Below, one piece after another: positions 49,177 through 62,648 of a stretch of DNA of 64,000 nt (position 1 is the first letter of the stretch; every line of letters starts with the position of its first letter). Below the pieces are notes generated by a model. The model had not been told where the DNA came from. It was given only the letters and a program-made list of their open reading frames with translations, and searched no databases. A program made the translations under genes and the position numbers. Source of the stretch: Macrostomum lignano (taxonomy: Eukaryota). The DNA lies in contig NIVC01000458.1 of NCBI GenBank assembly GCA_002269645.1, positions 124,001 to 188,000 on the forward strand, given 5' to 3'.

Positions 49177-50482
49177 TTGCTTTGTCTTGCCGTGTCGAAT
49201 TTCGCCACTATATTCAGATCGAGATTTAGAGGTGAGCAGTCTGCAGATTAATAGCGACTTTCCGTGGGAAATAAATGGAGACCACCCTTTTATTCGTAGT
49301 AGTTTATGGCAGAAGTGTGTAAAAGGCAATAGTCCTCAAGGGAGTAGTCAGTGCCTTTAACGAGTTAAAATTTTGAACACAAGGCTTATGTCGAGAGCCT
49401 TAAGATCTCTACAAGAAACCGTCAAAATGTTTTCGAGTTTTCGAGTCCACCCGAGTCGCTCTGTCAGTTTTAGGGTTAGTCCAGCATCCCAACTGCCCGT
49501 CATGGAGGCACCAAATGAAGAAAGAAAATCACCGAATGTAAGAAAGTCTGTTGGCTTCTTAAGATACAGATGTTAAACAGAAAAAGCATTAGCTATCCCT
49601 GATATTAATCTTACCCACAGATACTAGAATGACTAAATGGGCCACTCAGGTATATATATATACTTAGCAAAACAGCTTTCTACTCTAAGTTCAGTAGCAA
49701 TGGTAGATTGTATAGTATGTAACTGAGTTGAATAATGGCCAAAACACAAGTGCACGTAGCGCACGAGTGTCTATGGCCATTTTTAACAAAGTTACATACT
49801 ATAAAAGTCCATTGTATTTATACTTTTACACAGCGTCATGTCATTATTCCACACTTTGCAGTCATTATTTAACACTTTTTGGCTCTGGTGCTATTGTCTG
49901 TTTTGCGATTTAGTTTACCATAGACAAAACACACGAGGGCTATACGAGGTCTACCATATACTTAGCTGGGCCAGAGAAAACAGTTTCCTCAAAGTCAGTC
50001 TATGATTATCTTATGCGATTCTCAAAAATTAAAACTCTATCTACAAAGCAACTATGCCTGCGCTTATTAATTGGAAACATCTTCCGGTGGACTCGCTAAA
50101 CGGAGTCAAGATGGACGAGTTGCAACTGCTGTCTGAGCTTAGTTCAACGGACCGTCACGATGACCAGGCCTTGCGGGATTCCATTGATTGGATTGGATTG
50201 AACGACCATGGAACTGAAGAACTGCCGGACCTGCCGGAAGTGCATGGATGGCTTCAGTGAGCAGTTGATCTCAACAATGGATAGCGCCGAGCTATAATAG
50301 TCACTTTCGAAATCAACGGTTGAACAGATGAATCGGCTATACAAACTGATGAAGTGTTAAGCTTAATTTAATTATCTTTTTTCATGCAATTTGGCGTTTT
50401 TAACACTGCATTTGTTCAATATCAATAAGTATACAATATTTCAAGGAAGCCTCTACTGCCAAATGGTTCACGGGTTTATCTG

Positions 50483-51795
50483 TTAAAATCATGGAGGAAA
50501 GAATAGAATGCAGTGCTAATCTGCGCCAGTTGTTTTTGTCTCGCTCGATTTTCGCTTTTAGCATCCCTTTCCCCCCGTTCCTTCGTATTGGCCGAAAGCA
50601 AATTTTGATGTGAGCTCGTATTGCTTTTGTCATGCTATGTGGAACTGGGGACATCCAAAACGGAACGGCCCATAGGGCTCTATGGCCCAGCACTTGAATC
50701 AACTCGAGACAGCAAGCCATAGACAACTTAATTTGTCATGCAATATGGAACGGTGAGCCAAAATAGAAGGAACGGTGAGCTAAAATAGAAGGGTGAGCCA
50801 TAATAGAAGGAACGGTGAGCCAAAATAGAAGGGTGAGCCATAATAGAAGGAACGGTGAGCCAAAATAGAAGGAAAGATTTGAGCTTTTCACAGAGACAAG
50901 ACGCTTTTATTTTCTTAACGATTCGTCGAGCTAAGTTACGGCCGTATAGATGGCACCGTAAATTTCTGTACGCGATCGACAGTGTATCATAGCCGCCTTG
51001 CACCGTGGACTGTCGATGACGGATGTTTCAGTTTTGTTAGGAGTATCCGAAACTTCTGTTCACCGCATTTGGTCAACATTCGAACAAGCCAGCAGATTGG
51101 AAGCTTTGCCTCGTGGAGGACGCAAGGAAGAAAGCTGCAAAATGGACGCAGAGATGCAATTTTTTGCAACAAGAGGTGCAGCTAAATCCCTTTCTAACGC
51201 TAAAGTCAATGGCTGAGAAGCTGGTTGGAAGCTTTCCTGTCAGGAAAGCCGCACGTGAGCCTTAAAACAATTGATCGAGCAATGGATGGTTTGCTCTTTA
51301 CGATCAAACTTGCTACCAATGGGATGGATGTCGACTCGAGAAGCGAATACGCTAACGAAGAGTTGACCTTTTTATATTTGATGGTTTCAATTTGTGACTT
51401 AAAATGTGCTTCATTAATGTCTGTTTTTATTGTTTCTGTAAATAAAACTCTAACCGTTCCTTCTATTCCGGCTCATCGCTCCATATTGCATGCCAAATCG
51501 AGTTGTCTATGGCTTGCTTTACCCGAGTTAATTCAAGCACTTGGCTATAGAATTCTATGGGCCGTTCCGTTTTGCATGCCCACTGTTACACATAGCACGA
51601 CAAAAGCAATACTATGCTGGGACATACCTTTCAGAGGGGGGGGGTGAAAACGAGACGAAAACGACTTTGTCTATGGCAGTCAGGAGCCAATAGGAAAGAA
51701 CGGGGGGAAAGGGATGTTAAAAGCGAAAATCGAACGAGATAAAAATAACTGGCTCAGATTAGCACTCCATTCTATTCTTTCCTCCATGGTTAAAA
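50483..51795. mobile_element. Degenerate DNA transposon with long imperfect inverted repeats and an IS630/Tc1-like HTH remnant
   Basis: About 50483-50780 is an imperfect reverse complement of about 51450-51795, with internal direct repeats AAAATAGAAGGAACGGTGAGC. The interior reads GLSMTDVSVLLGVSETSVHRIW...PRGGRK and VSLKTIDRAM, broken by stops. Confidence 0.55.
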
Positions 51796-52161
51796 TACAC
51801 TTAATAACAGTTGCGTTATTTCAAATCCTTATGTCTATGGCCTAGAACCTGAAAAGTGTGGAATAATGGCCAAAATATTTTGTTATTGCTTTTGGGTATA
51901 AGTATAATTAAGCGCCCGAGGTCATAAACTTTTGGTGCACGAGTAGCCGTTCTTCACCGATATTGTATGATTTTGAAGGCGTTTGGACCATAGATATTTG
52001 AAGCGTGCAACAATCAGTTTGGGTCAACGTGCACCAATATTGCTGCACGCTCGAAGTATCTATGGTCCAAAATAGAAAGTGTAGACATGAAGTTGTAAGT
52101 CAATAGCAGAAGACTCATATAGGTATAGCTAGTAGCTAGCTAAAGCTCAATATAGCTAGTA

Positions 52162-53325
52162 TCCTTATATCCTAAAAATGAGTTGTCTGTATGTATGTAT
52201 GTATGTATGTATATGGGTATGCGATTGATTTCAGAAAAAACGGCTCAACCGATTTTCTTCAAACTTGCACCATTCGATCAGAAAATTTTCTGGGACGGTA
52301 CATGCATCTTAGCTAAGAAATTGCTAAATGTGAAAGGGATTAAATATTCGAAAAACATGCTTTCTTGCAAAGGTCAAGAAAAATTTCGACTTGAAATGCA
52401 TTGTAAGAATGCTAGAGAAAAAACTGACTGGCTGAATTTCAATTCTGATAAAGATTGCATCGCAACAAATTGAAAAAAGTGTCGAAGAAATGCACACACG
52501 ACTTGATTAAAATTGCGTAACCATATTGCTAACTTAAATTGAGACTGATTCTGGCTGACTGAGAAATTGATTATGTCATAACTTTTTACTCCAATTGACT
52601 TGCTGTAAGATTTGAATTATAAGTGCCACAATTCATGTGCTCCAATTGAAAAAAGATAGCCTAGATGCGAACAGACTGGACTGCTAATGTAGCGATCTGG
52701 GTTCGAATCTTAGTAGCGCAAAATGATTTTTTTATTAATACAACTTAAAAACAAAAAACTGCTAAACATAAAAGAAGCGCAATTTCAAACATAGAAGAGC
52801 CACCATGTCAAAAATAAAAGAGCCACCATATCGAACATAAAAGAGTTACCATGTAAGACATTAAAGAGCCACCATGTCAAACATTAAAGAGCCACCATGT
52901 CAAACATAAAACAGCCATCATGAAGAACATTAAAGAGCCACCATGTCGACCATTAAAAGAGCCACCATATCAAACATAAAAGAGCTACCATTAAGAACAT
53001 AAAAGAGCTACCATTTAGAACATAAAAGAGCCACCATATCAACATAAAAGAGCCACCATGTCAAACATTAAAGATATACAATTTCAAATGTAAAGGTATA
53101 AAGCGCCATGCCAATTTAAAGGAGCCACTATAAAGCTAAGGAAATTGTTGCACTTAGCTACTTATTGTCTGGTGGATGCTTGCTATTTGGGGATGCTTGC
53201 TATCTGGGGGATGCTTGCTCTCTGGGGGATGCTTGCTATCCGGGGGATGCTTGCTATCTTCTTATTACTTGTAGAGAACAGAGATTCTATACAGATGTCC
53301 CCCAACGGGGGGCGAAGATTGCTAG
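52162..53325 (+). mobile_element. Non-autonomous Helitron-like element, unit 1 (1164 bp)
   Basis: 5' A|TCC...TAAAAATGAGTTGTCTGT, 3' hairpin CCCCCAACGGGGGG then GATTGCTAG|T. Contains two short minisatellites. Confidence 0.78.
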
Positions 53326-56300
53326 TCCTATATACTAAAAATGAGTTGTCTGTGGGTATATAGGTATGCGATTGATTTAAGAAAAACTGGCTCAACTGAT
53401 TTTCTTCAGATTTGTACCATTCGATCAGAAATTTTCCTGGGACGGTACATGCATCTTGGCTAAGAAATGGCTCAATTCTAAAGGGATTAAATATTCGAAA
53501 AACATGCTTTCTGCAAAGGTCAAGCAGCTCTTTCGACCTGAAATGCATTGTAAGAATGCTAGAGAAAAAAACTGACTGACTGAATTCCAATTGTGATAAG
53601 GATTAAATCACAACCAGTTGTAAACAGTGCCGAAGAAATGCACACGACTTGATTTAAATTGCGTAACCAATATTGCTAACTTGAATTGAGACTGATACTG
53701 GCTGACTGAGAAATTGATTGTGTCATAAATTTTTACTCTAACTGAATTGCTGTAAGAATTGAAGTATAAGGGCCACAATTCATGTTCTCAAATTAAAAAG
53801 AGATAGCCTAGATGCGAACAGACTGGACTGCTAATGTAGCGACCTGGGTTCGAATCTTAGTAGTGCAAAAAGATTTTTTTTATTAAAACACCTTAAAAAC
53901 ACAAAATGCTAAACATAAAAGAAGCACAATGTCAAACATAAAAAAGCCACCATGTCGAACATTAAAGAGCCACCATGTCGAACATTAAAGGCGAACATGT
54001 CGAACATTAAATAGTCACCATGTCTAACATTAAAGGCTACCATGTCAAACATATATATGACTCCATGTCAAACAATAAAAAGCCACCAAAACATAAAAGA
54101 GCCACCATGTCAAACATAAAAGAGACACCATGTCAAACATAAAGAGACACAATTTGAAACGAAAAAAAGAAGCGTCATGTCGAACAAAATGGAGCCATTA
54201 TAAAGCTATAGAAATTGTTGCACTAGCTACTTGTTCTCTGGTGGATGCTTGCTATTTAAGGATAGATACTTGCTATCAGGGGGATGCTTGCTATCGGAAA
54301 TATGCTTGCTACTAGGGTAACTTGCTATTGGGAGATGCTTGCTCTTGGGGGTGGTGGGTACTTGCTATCTGAGAGTGGTTTGCTAGCTATCTATAAGGAC
54401 TCTTTGTATCCAGGGATGCTTGCTATCTGAGGTTGCTTGCTATCCGGGAATGCTTGCTATCTGGGGGTTGCTTGCTATCGGGGGGATGCTTGCTATCTGG
54501 GGTTGCTTGCTATCTGGGGGGTGCTTGCTATCTGGGGGATGCTTGCGGTCTGGGGGATGCTTGCATGCCGTCTGGGGATGCTTGCTCTCTTGGGATGTTT
54601 TCTTTTTAGAGGGAATGTCTGTTGTTTTTTTGAAAGCTCGAACATTAAAGAGCCACCATGTCTAACATAATAGAGCCACCATGTCGAACATTAAAGAGCC
54701 ACCATGTCGAACATTGAAGAGCCACCATGTCTAACATTATAGAGCCACCATGTCAAACATAAAAGAGCCACCATGTCAAACATAAAAGAGCCACCATGTA
54801 AAACATAAAAGAGCCACCATGTCAAACATAAAAGAGCCACCATGTCAAACATAAAAGAGCCACCATGTCAAACATATATGTGACTCCATGTCAAACAGTA
54901 AAGAGCCACCATGTCAAGCATAAAAGAGCCACCATGTCAAACATATATGTGACTCCATGTCAAACAGTAAAGAGCCACCATGTCAAGCACAAAAGAGCGA
55001 CCATGTCGAGCATTAAAGAACCACCATGTTTAACATAAAAGAGCCACCATGTCAAACATTAAAGAGCCGCAATGTCAAACATTAAAGAGCCATCATGTCT
55101 AACATTAAAGAGCCACCATGTCTAACATTAGAGAGCCACCATGTCTAACATTAAAGAGCCACCATGTCGAACATAAAAGAACCACCATGTCGAACATTAA
55201 AGAGCCACCATGTCCAACATTTATGTGACTCAATGTCAAACATTATAGAGCCACCATGTCAAACATAGAAGAGCCACCATGTCGAACATTAAAGAGCCAC
55301 CATGTAAAACATTAAAGAGCCGCAATGTCAAACATTGAAGAGCTATCATGTCTAACATTAAAGAGCCACCATGTATAACATTAGAGAGCCACCATGTCTA
55401 ACATTAGAGAGCCACTATGTATAACATTAGAGAGCCACCATGTCTAACATTAAAGAGCCACCATGTCAAACATGCCACCATGTCGAACATTAAAGAGTCA
55501 CCATGTCTAACAATAAAAAGCCACCATGTCGAACATTAAAGAGCCACCATGTCAAACAGTAAAGAGCGACCATGTCAAGCAAAAAAGAGCCACCATGTCG
55601 AACATAAAAGAACCACCATGTCCAACATAAAAGAGCCACCATGTCAAACATTAAACAGCCGCAATGTCAAACATTAAAGAGCCATCATGTCTAACATTAA
55701 AGAGCCACCATGTATAACATTAGAGAGCCACCATGTCTAACATTAAAGAGCCACCATGTCGAACATTAAAGAGCCACCATGTCTAACATAAAGAGCCACC
55801 ATTTCAAACATAAAAGAGCCATCATGTCAAACATAAAATTTACACAATTTCAAACGTAAAAGTAAGCGTCATGCCAATTTTAAAGGAGCCGGCCACTATA
55901 GAGCTAAGGAAATTGTAGCATTAGCTACTTATTGTATAGTGTATGCTTGCTATCTGGGGGCTGCTTGCTATCTGGGGGATGCTTGCTATCCGGGAGGGGG
56001 GATGCTTGCTATCTGGGGGCTGCTTGCTATCCGGGAGGGGGGATGCTTGCTATCTGGGGGCTGCTTGCTATCTGGGGGATGCTTGCTATCTGGGGGATGC
56101 TTGCTATCTGGGGGATGCTTGCTATCTGGGGGATAATGCTATCTGGGGGATGCTTGCAATCTGGGGGATGCTTGCTATCTGGGGGATGCTTGCTGTCTTG
56201 GGATGATTTCTTTTTGCATTACACTTTATTTGAGCAGTTTGTCTGTTGTCTTTGTGAAGGCTTTATTTGGCTGTCTTTTTGTTACTTGTAGAGAACAGAG

Positions 56301-56342
56301 ATTCTATCCAGATGTCCCCCAACGGGGGGCGAAGATTGCTAG
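53326..56342 (+). mobile_element. Non-autonomous Helitron-like element, unit 2 (3017 bp), head-to-tail with unit 1
   Basis: Same 5' and 3' termini as unit 1, enlarged by amplification and duplication of the internal GAGCCACCATGTCAAACATTAAA and GGATGCTTGCTATCTGGG arrays. Confidence 0.78.
54640..55835. repeat. About 23-bp minisatellite inside Helitron-like unit 2
   Basis: Unit GAGCCACCATGTCAAACATTAAA, about 50 degenerate copies. Confidence 0.95.
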
Positions 56343-56678
56343 TAGCTAGCTAAAGCTCAACGCGCGACTGCGACCAAAGGCAAATGGGTTTCGTTTTGGA
56401 TTTAACAACCGGCACTCGTATCGGACTATTGCACATGTCGCAAGTTGACGTTGTTGGGGCTTCGAGTTCCCAGTTGGGCGAACGAGTAAGCGAGAGTCCG
56501 CAATGCAATGCATGTTTGACGATCTCATTCAACTGGACGCCGATGAAGTTGAAGCTCCTCAGCTGATATCAATGAAATGGATCTTATGCAATTGGACAAT
56601 ACGCCGGTCTGTTCTAGTGCAAGAAAATTGGTGCTTCGTAAGTTTAGCGAGGTTCTGTCAAAGCAAGAGCTACTCCTG

Positions 56679-57263
56679 GGGCCGATTTCACGAAACAGCT
56701 AGCAGTTAGCAGTTAGCAGCAGCTAGTTTAGCCGTGCTATTTAGACGCGTCTGAAAAAGTGGTTTCACAACACCATGCTAAAAAGCAACGGCTAGTTGCG
56801 TAGAAGCGCAGAGCAGTCAAGATTTGTTCCCGTGGGGACAGAGCACAACTTCGCTGCGTAGAAGGCGCCAGCTGAGGACCAATTCTTTGCACAAGATGCT
56901 CCGCAGTAGCTGGACTCAGTCGGAATCTTTGTGTGAATTTAGCACTGACAGCGAAATTCCGTCTATCGAGGTAAACTCGTGGCTCCCGATGCGGACCGTC
57001 TTGTAGGAGGTTATGAAGATAGAGGAAATTCATTGACTAACCAGGGTTGAGGCTGGCTGAAAAGCAGCTGCTAGTTTAGCCTTGCTAGTCGACGTCTGCT
57101 AGCTTCGTGAAATCAACTCTCCCACCCTCGGCACCCGATCTGACCTGCTAGCCATAGACAGCTAGACGCTGCTACTTAGCAGTCACTTTGAGAAACCCAG
57201 CCACTGCTTTTAGCAGTTAGCAGTGGCTAAATAGCTGTTAGCAGTGTTTCGTGAAATCGGCCC
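56679..57263 (-). mobile_element. PIF/Harbinger internal-deletion derivative (585 bp)
   Basis: Perfect 19-bp TIR GGGCCGATTTCACGAAACA and 3-bp TSD CTG. The interior keeps a Harbinger transposase N-terminus FTQRFRLSPATAEHLVQRIGPQLAPSTQRSCALSPREQILTALRFYAT. Confidence 0.9.
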
Positions 57264-58899
57264 CTGCAATCCGGCGACAGCCGATATTGAACATCTAGTC
57301 ACTGGATTGCGCATCTTCTACGCTCTTCTACGCTTACGCAAGATTGATGGCGGATTTTATGCGCCTGCTTCATTGATTACCGCTTGAGCTGGTCCATTCC
57401 GCTATCTACTTCGTGTCTGTGGACTCAATATCATCGAGGATCAACGTTTCGGAAAGGCCAATCTTCAATTCAAACCCACCGCTGCCAATGTTCATCAAGT
57501 TATGTAGCTCCGTGAAACCGTTCTGTGCTTTGGAGACAGAGGATTTGGAAAAGCAACGCCGCTACTTTTACCGAAGTGATCCCTTCTGGACCGAATCTCT
57601 TCAACAGGAGATGTACTACGTGCTTGCTATCCACTTTTTGTTCGCAGGCCTATTGACTGAGTTGAGATTCTGGCTCGCTTGAATTTTTGCTGAAGTGCTT
57701 TGCTCAATGTGGTTTGGCCATAGACATTTAAAGCGTGCAGCAATTTGGCTTCATTGGTGGACCCCTAAAAACCCGTCCAAAATGATACAATGAAGAATAC
57801 ATAAGCTAATTGGTTCAGCCATAATGTAAATTAGCCACTGAAATGTACATGACAGATTTAGGCTGGAACAACCGAGGAAGGTAAAAAAAATTGGGCGGCG
57901 GGCGTAGAGTTCGGTGTGGAGTTGGAGGTTTTAAGCTTGGGCGGGGGTAAGAGCCAATAAATGAGCTTTGGCTTTAAAAAAACATTAAAATGCTTCAGTT
58001 TAACTTGCTACTAAACTGAGAGTAGCTTGCACGCAAATGTGCTGAGTGGCCCATCTAGTTATTCTAGTATGTGTTCTTACCTAAAAGATCAGCCCATTGA
58101 GTCATGGCACCTCAGAAACTTCTTGAGCCTTGGCATTTCAAAAAACTATTAATTTACTTACAGAGCATTTCATCATTTGTTAAAATCGATTGAAAGTCAC
58201 CCTAAACACGAGCGCTAATGTTTTTAAATATACAGGGCCAAACAAAGAATGTTAAAGATGTAAAAAACTTCTCTTGCAAATTTCCATACATAGGAATAGA
58301 AAGAAAGTATAAATGAAAAGAAATTATATTGAGCATTCGAGATAGTGTCTTTATATTTAGGAGTTAAATTAATCCAAACAAATAAACATTTGGAAGATTA
58401 AAACCAATTTTTCCGTTAGAAATTAAGTAAAAGCAAATAAAATAAGCAACGCAAAGTCGGCAAAGTGTGAAAAAATACTTGATGGAATGAGTTTCATCAA
58501 GCTGAATTTCATACTAAAATTTTGTCAAAGAGTCGAGTCGAGGTGCAGCGCAGACGGAAAGGCAGACGGCATGTGCGCATTTTGTACTGCTTGAAAATAT
58601 TTAGAGGTGGCACACAAACAGCATACAGGAAGGCAGACAGGTAGGTGTCTTATGATTGTTATCTGAACACCAGAATAAGCTGCAGTTTCTTGAATAAACC
58701 TTTGGCAAGTCATATTCAATAGTTTGATAAAATATAAAAAAGTAAATAACAATTTTTCAACTGAACGAGTGCGAATTATACTGAAAGTAGCATGCTGTGC
58801 ATTTTCACAAAGCAAAACAAGAAATCTGTAGCGAAAACTGAAAAAATAACTGGATGTATTTCGATATATTTCCAAGCATTATAACCCCTTTATATATAT

Positions 58900-59360
58900 A
58901 GATGGGCGCTGATTGGTTGGAAGCTTTTGATATTTTCTTACCCCTGGATGCACACTGATTAGTTGGAAGCTTTCCTATTCTCTTCCTCTTGGATGCTCGC
59001 TGATTGGTTGGAAGCTTTCCTATTCTCTTCCTCTTGGATGCTCGCTGATTGGTTGGAAGCTTTCCTATGCTCTTCCTCTTGGATGCTCGCTGATTGGTTG
59101 GAAGCTTTCCTATTCTCTTCCTTTTGGATGCTCGCTGATTGGTTGGAAGCTTTCCTATTCTCTTCCTCTTGGATGCTCGCTGATTGGTTGGAAGCTTTTC
59201 TATTCTCTTCCTTCTGGAAACCCGCTGATTGGTTGGAAGCTTTCCTATTCTCTTCGTCTTGGATGCTGTTCTATTCTCTTCCTCTTGGATGCTCACTGAT
59301 TCGTTGGAAGCTTTTCTATTCTCTTCCTTCTGGAAACCCGCTGATTGGTTGGAAGCTTTT
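58900..59360. repeat. 45-bp minisatellite 3' of the MMD-like gene
   Basis: Unit TGATTGGTTGGAAGCTTTCCTATTCTCTTCCTCTTGGATGCTCGC, about 10 copies. Confidence 0.96.
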
Positions 59361-59480
59361 CTGTTTTATCCTCTAGATGAAAATTCATTATTTGAATAAT
59401 TCCAAAATTTCCATTTATGCGCAAACCAAAGTTCGAAATGATGCACAAAACAAAAGAAAATAATGGCAGAAAAAACATTT

Positions 59481-61499
59481 CTAAAAGCCCATGTCGTCGT
59501 GAATTTGGCCAACTAGATGCGTAGCCACAGCGTCAAAGTGGAGCACGGCTCCAGCCACTACAAACAGGTGCCAGATAGCGTGCGCAAATGGCAAAATGCC
59601 GTCCAGCTTGAAAAAGACTACGCCAAATACGTAGATTGCACCGCCCAGAATCAGCTCGAAAAGGCCGTCAGGATTTTTCTGTAATAGTTGTTAATAATAA
59701 GTATTCAGATAACTAGGTTCAAGCATACGGGCAAATAACTTCAGTACTTACCATTCTTAGGCTGACAAGTACGCCAGGAGCAATACCGACAACCAAGTAG
59801 AGCGAAACTTCCAGCCACTTGTGCCTGAAAGTTATTTATTCACTAGCTGACTAACAAACTTTAATATCCTTTGTTGATTATTACGCCTCAGCTGATTGGC
59901 TGGCTAATTTAATTGGCTTTCATACTTCGTTTCAGCTGATTGGCTGGCTATTCTAATTGGCTGTCATACTTTATGTCTCAGCTGATTGGCTGGCAATTCT
60001 AATTGGTTGTCATAGCATATATCTACGCTTGAAAGGTACATTTAATGTAATCCATTTAAAAGTGACTCACTTCTCGTGAAACAAAAGTTGATAAGTGATG
60101 CCAAGAATAGCGGCAGTCCAAACGGTATACATACAACTAGTGCCAATATCGTATTCGAAATCGCGCAATACAAGCCTGTGGGAAGCAAAACAGTTATTCA
60201 AAAGTTTTTCACCTAGCTTCATGGAATATTGTGCAAAAAAGGGTTCGGAAAACGTTTCTCACCAAGGCGTATAGCTGGCAGCAATAAAAATGTAGATAAA
60301 CACGCGATCGCATCTGTGAAAAATCTCTTTTAGTTGGCTGCAAAGAATTAATAAAACAGAGATGCTACTGATCAAACTACACTACTAACAGTAGAAATAA
60401 AAATGTATATAGATATTGCAAATATAAGCTCAACGCTTACCAAGGCCCGCCGCGGAAGGCGAATATGTGAAATAGCGAAGAGATTAAAAACAGGCAGATG
60501 CCGGAGGCGCCGTAAATAAGCGAAGTGATAGTCTGGGCGCTGTCAGCGGATCGGCTCAGCATGGTGTACATGCGGTACAGCGATGCCGGTATCATGAACA
60601 GGTGGGAGAGAATGTTTGCGAGATGCTCTTGCCTAGTTGGCACGTAGGGCTGGCCCGGCTGGGCCCGCTGGTTTTTGTACCTTAGGGGGGGGGTGATGAG
60701 AAGAAGTGTCTTAGATTGAAGCAGTCCGGCTTTTAAAGTGCACTATAGTATATATGTCATGGGGTGCCGTAGCCTTATGGTCTATCGCGGCGCTCTGGTG
60801 TGCCAGCGGCCTAGGCTCGATTCCAAGTGCAGTCATATTAATTCGAGGCTAAATTGGAATCTCGGCTTGGCTCTGCTCGTCAAATTAACGGCCTTGAGGG
60901 CCAACCCCCAAAGCAACAGTGAAGAGTACATCAGCATAACGATAAATAAAGTTAGTGCCGCTGTACACATAAGAGAGGGTGTTGTCTGTGCCGGACCAGA
61001 TTCTTGGCATAGGTACGTAGATCATTGGGAGACGCCTGGTATTGATAGACTAGTTAATAACTCTTACGTACGAATAACAATCAATAACCTTAGCAACCAT
61101 TCAAGGTCATCAGTATCTAACAATCAACAGTCAAACACAAAAAGATAAACAGCAAAACAAAATTAAGCGAATAAATTTTTTTAAATCTAAAGCAACCTAT
61201 AAGTAAAGAAAAGATCATGCATGAGGGACTGTCAGGGACAGCAAAGGTATTTAAGCTAGTCAAAAAAAATGTCAATTGTCAATTAAAAATCTTACAATGA
61301 TGATAAAAGTCCATTCGTTTAACAAAACATGATGTCGTTATTAGCTCTGCGGCGAGTTTGCCAGAAGTTTGCCAGAATTTACAAATAAGTCGTATTGATA
61401 AGTCAAACAAATAATAGTTTACAATATTTATTCACTAACTCACTTGCTAAGGTTGAGCTGACTCGCTGATTTAACCAGCCGCCTGTGAATGTCTGTCAT
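59481..61499 (-). CDS. MMD: Monocyte-to-macrophage differentiation factor-like (PAQR10/11, hemolysin-III family) 7-TM protein, 6 exons
   Basis: Exons 61499-61444, 60680-60441, 60337-60263, 60175-60071, 59824-59752 and 59678-59481 join in phase with GT-AG sites. Product includes YVPTRQEHLAN, FHRCDRVFIYIFIAASYTPW and GVVFFKLDGILPFAHAIWHLFV. The first exon is less certain. Confidence 0.92.
59891..60015. repeat. Three 44-46 bp tandem units in an MMD intron
   Basis: TCAGCTGATTGGCTGGC..TT.TAATTGG repeated three times. Confidence 0.85.
60761..61000 (+). mobile_element. tRNA-derived SINE, copy 3 (3' end unclear), in MMD intron 1
   Basis: GGGGTGCCGTAGCC...CTCTGGTGTGCCAGCGG...GGCTCGATTCCAAGTGCAGTC...TTGGCTCTGCTCGTC aligns with copies 1 and 2. 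Confidence 0.82.
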
Positions 61500-61699
61500 G
61501 CTGTTGACAATTTTTTAGTTAGAAATAAGAGCAGGCATTTATACAGCACCAGCTCGCTGCTCGCGGCTGCAACCCGCTGGAACGGAAGACTGTAAAATAC
61601 AAAACACAATAAGGCTTTGATAGTTACTATATCGTGGATTGAAAGCTGCAAAGGCTTGTGGGATAGGTAGGAAGAGTGTAAATTGGGGTAGAGGAAAGT

Positions 61700-61860
61700 G
61701 TTGGGTCTGGAATAGTGTACATTGGGGTAGCGGGGAGGTCTTTGATCTGGGAGAGTGTACATGGGGTTAGGGGAGTGTACATTGGGGTTAGGGGGGAGCA
61801 TTGGGTCTGGGAGAGTGTACATTGGGGTAAAGGAAATTGTTTGGTCTTCGAGAGTGTACA
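61700..61860. repeat. Short degenerate G-rich tandem array
   Basis: GAGAGTGTACATTGGGGT units recurring 4-5 times. Confidence 0.7.
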
Positions 61861-62344
61861 TCACTTACGGACGGGAATAAGTCAAGACAAAAAGTTCTAA
61901 AGATCGATAATAACCTTGATAAGATTAGTTAACCGATGGCGCATAACTAAAATGTAATCTTATGGCTAAACTGTCACAAAGTGTAAAAAATGGAATCAAT
62001 AAGAAGTGCAACTAATTTAAAATAAAATATATTTTAACAGCTTTTTAAAAAAATTAAACATAACGACGAACCAATAATTTAACACGAAGACTCTAGGTTA
62101 CTATGTGAGGATCTAGGAGTAAACGCTGAAGTTAATTGCGTTTCAAGTGCATGCGTACACACGTACTACACACGTGTGTGTATCTGCTAATATTACAAGT
62201 CGGGCATCACAAATATTTTTATATCTGCGGAGACGCATAGGGTACTCAGGGAAAAAATATCAACCAAAACGTGCGAGAAAAAAGTCCAAACCCTTTTTGA
62301 AGAAAAATATGATCATTTGACCTTATATGGTGGCTGGATTGACT

Positions 62345-62648
62345 GAGTGACATTGGGGTGGGGACTGGCTGATAAGCGGGAAGTACATTGGGGTGGGGGA
62401 CTGGCTGATAGGAGGGAGTACATTGGGGTGGGGGACTGGCTGATAGGCGGGAGTACATTGGGGTGGGGGACTGGCTGATAGGCGGGAGTACATTGGGGTG
62501 GGGGACTGGCTGATAGGCGGGAGTACATTGGGGTGGGGGACTGGCTGATAGGCGGGAGTACATTGGGGTGGGGGACTGGCTGATAGGCGGGAGTACATTG
62601 GGGTGGGGGATTGGCTGATAGGCGGGAGTACATTGGGGTGGGTTGATA
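62345..62648. repeat. 35-bp G-rich minisatellite
   Basis: Unit TACATTGGGGTGGGGGACTGGCTGATAGGCGGGAG, about 8 copies. Confidence 0.96.

Noticed and set aside
50054-50344. Non-LTR RT remnant (GIPQG motif)
   Set aside because: A single short motif with no supporting downstream RT motifs.
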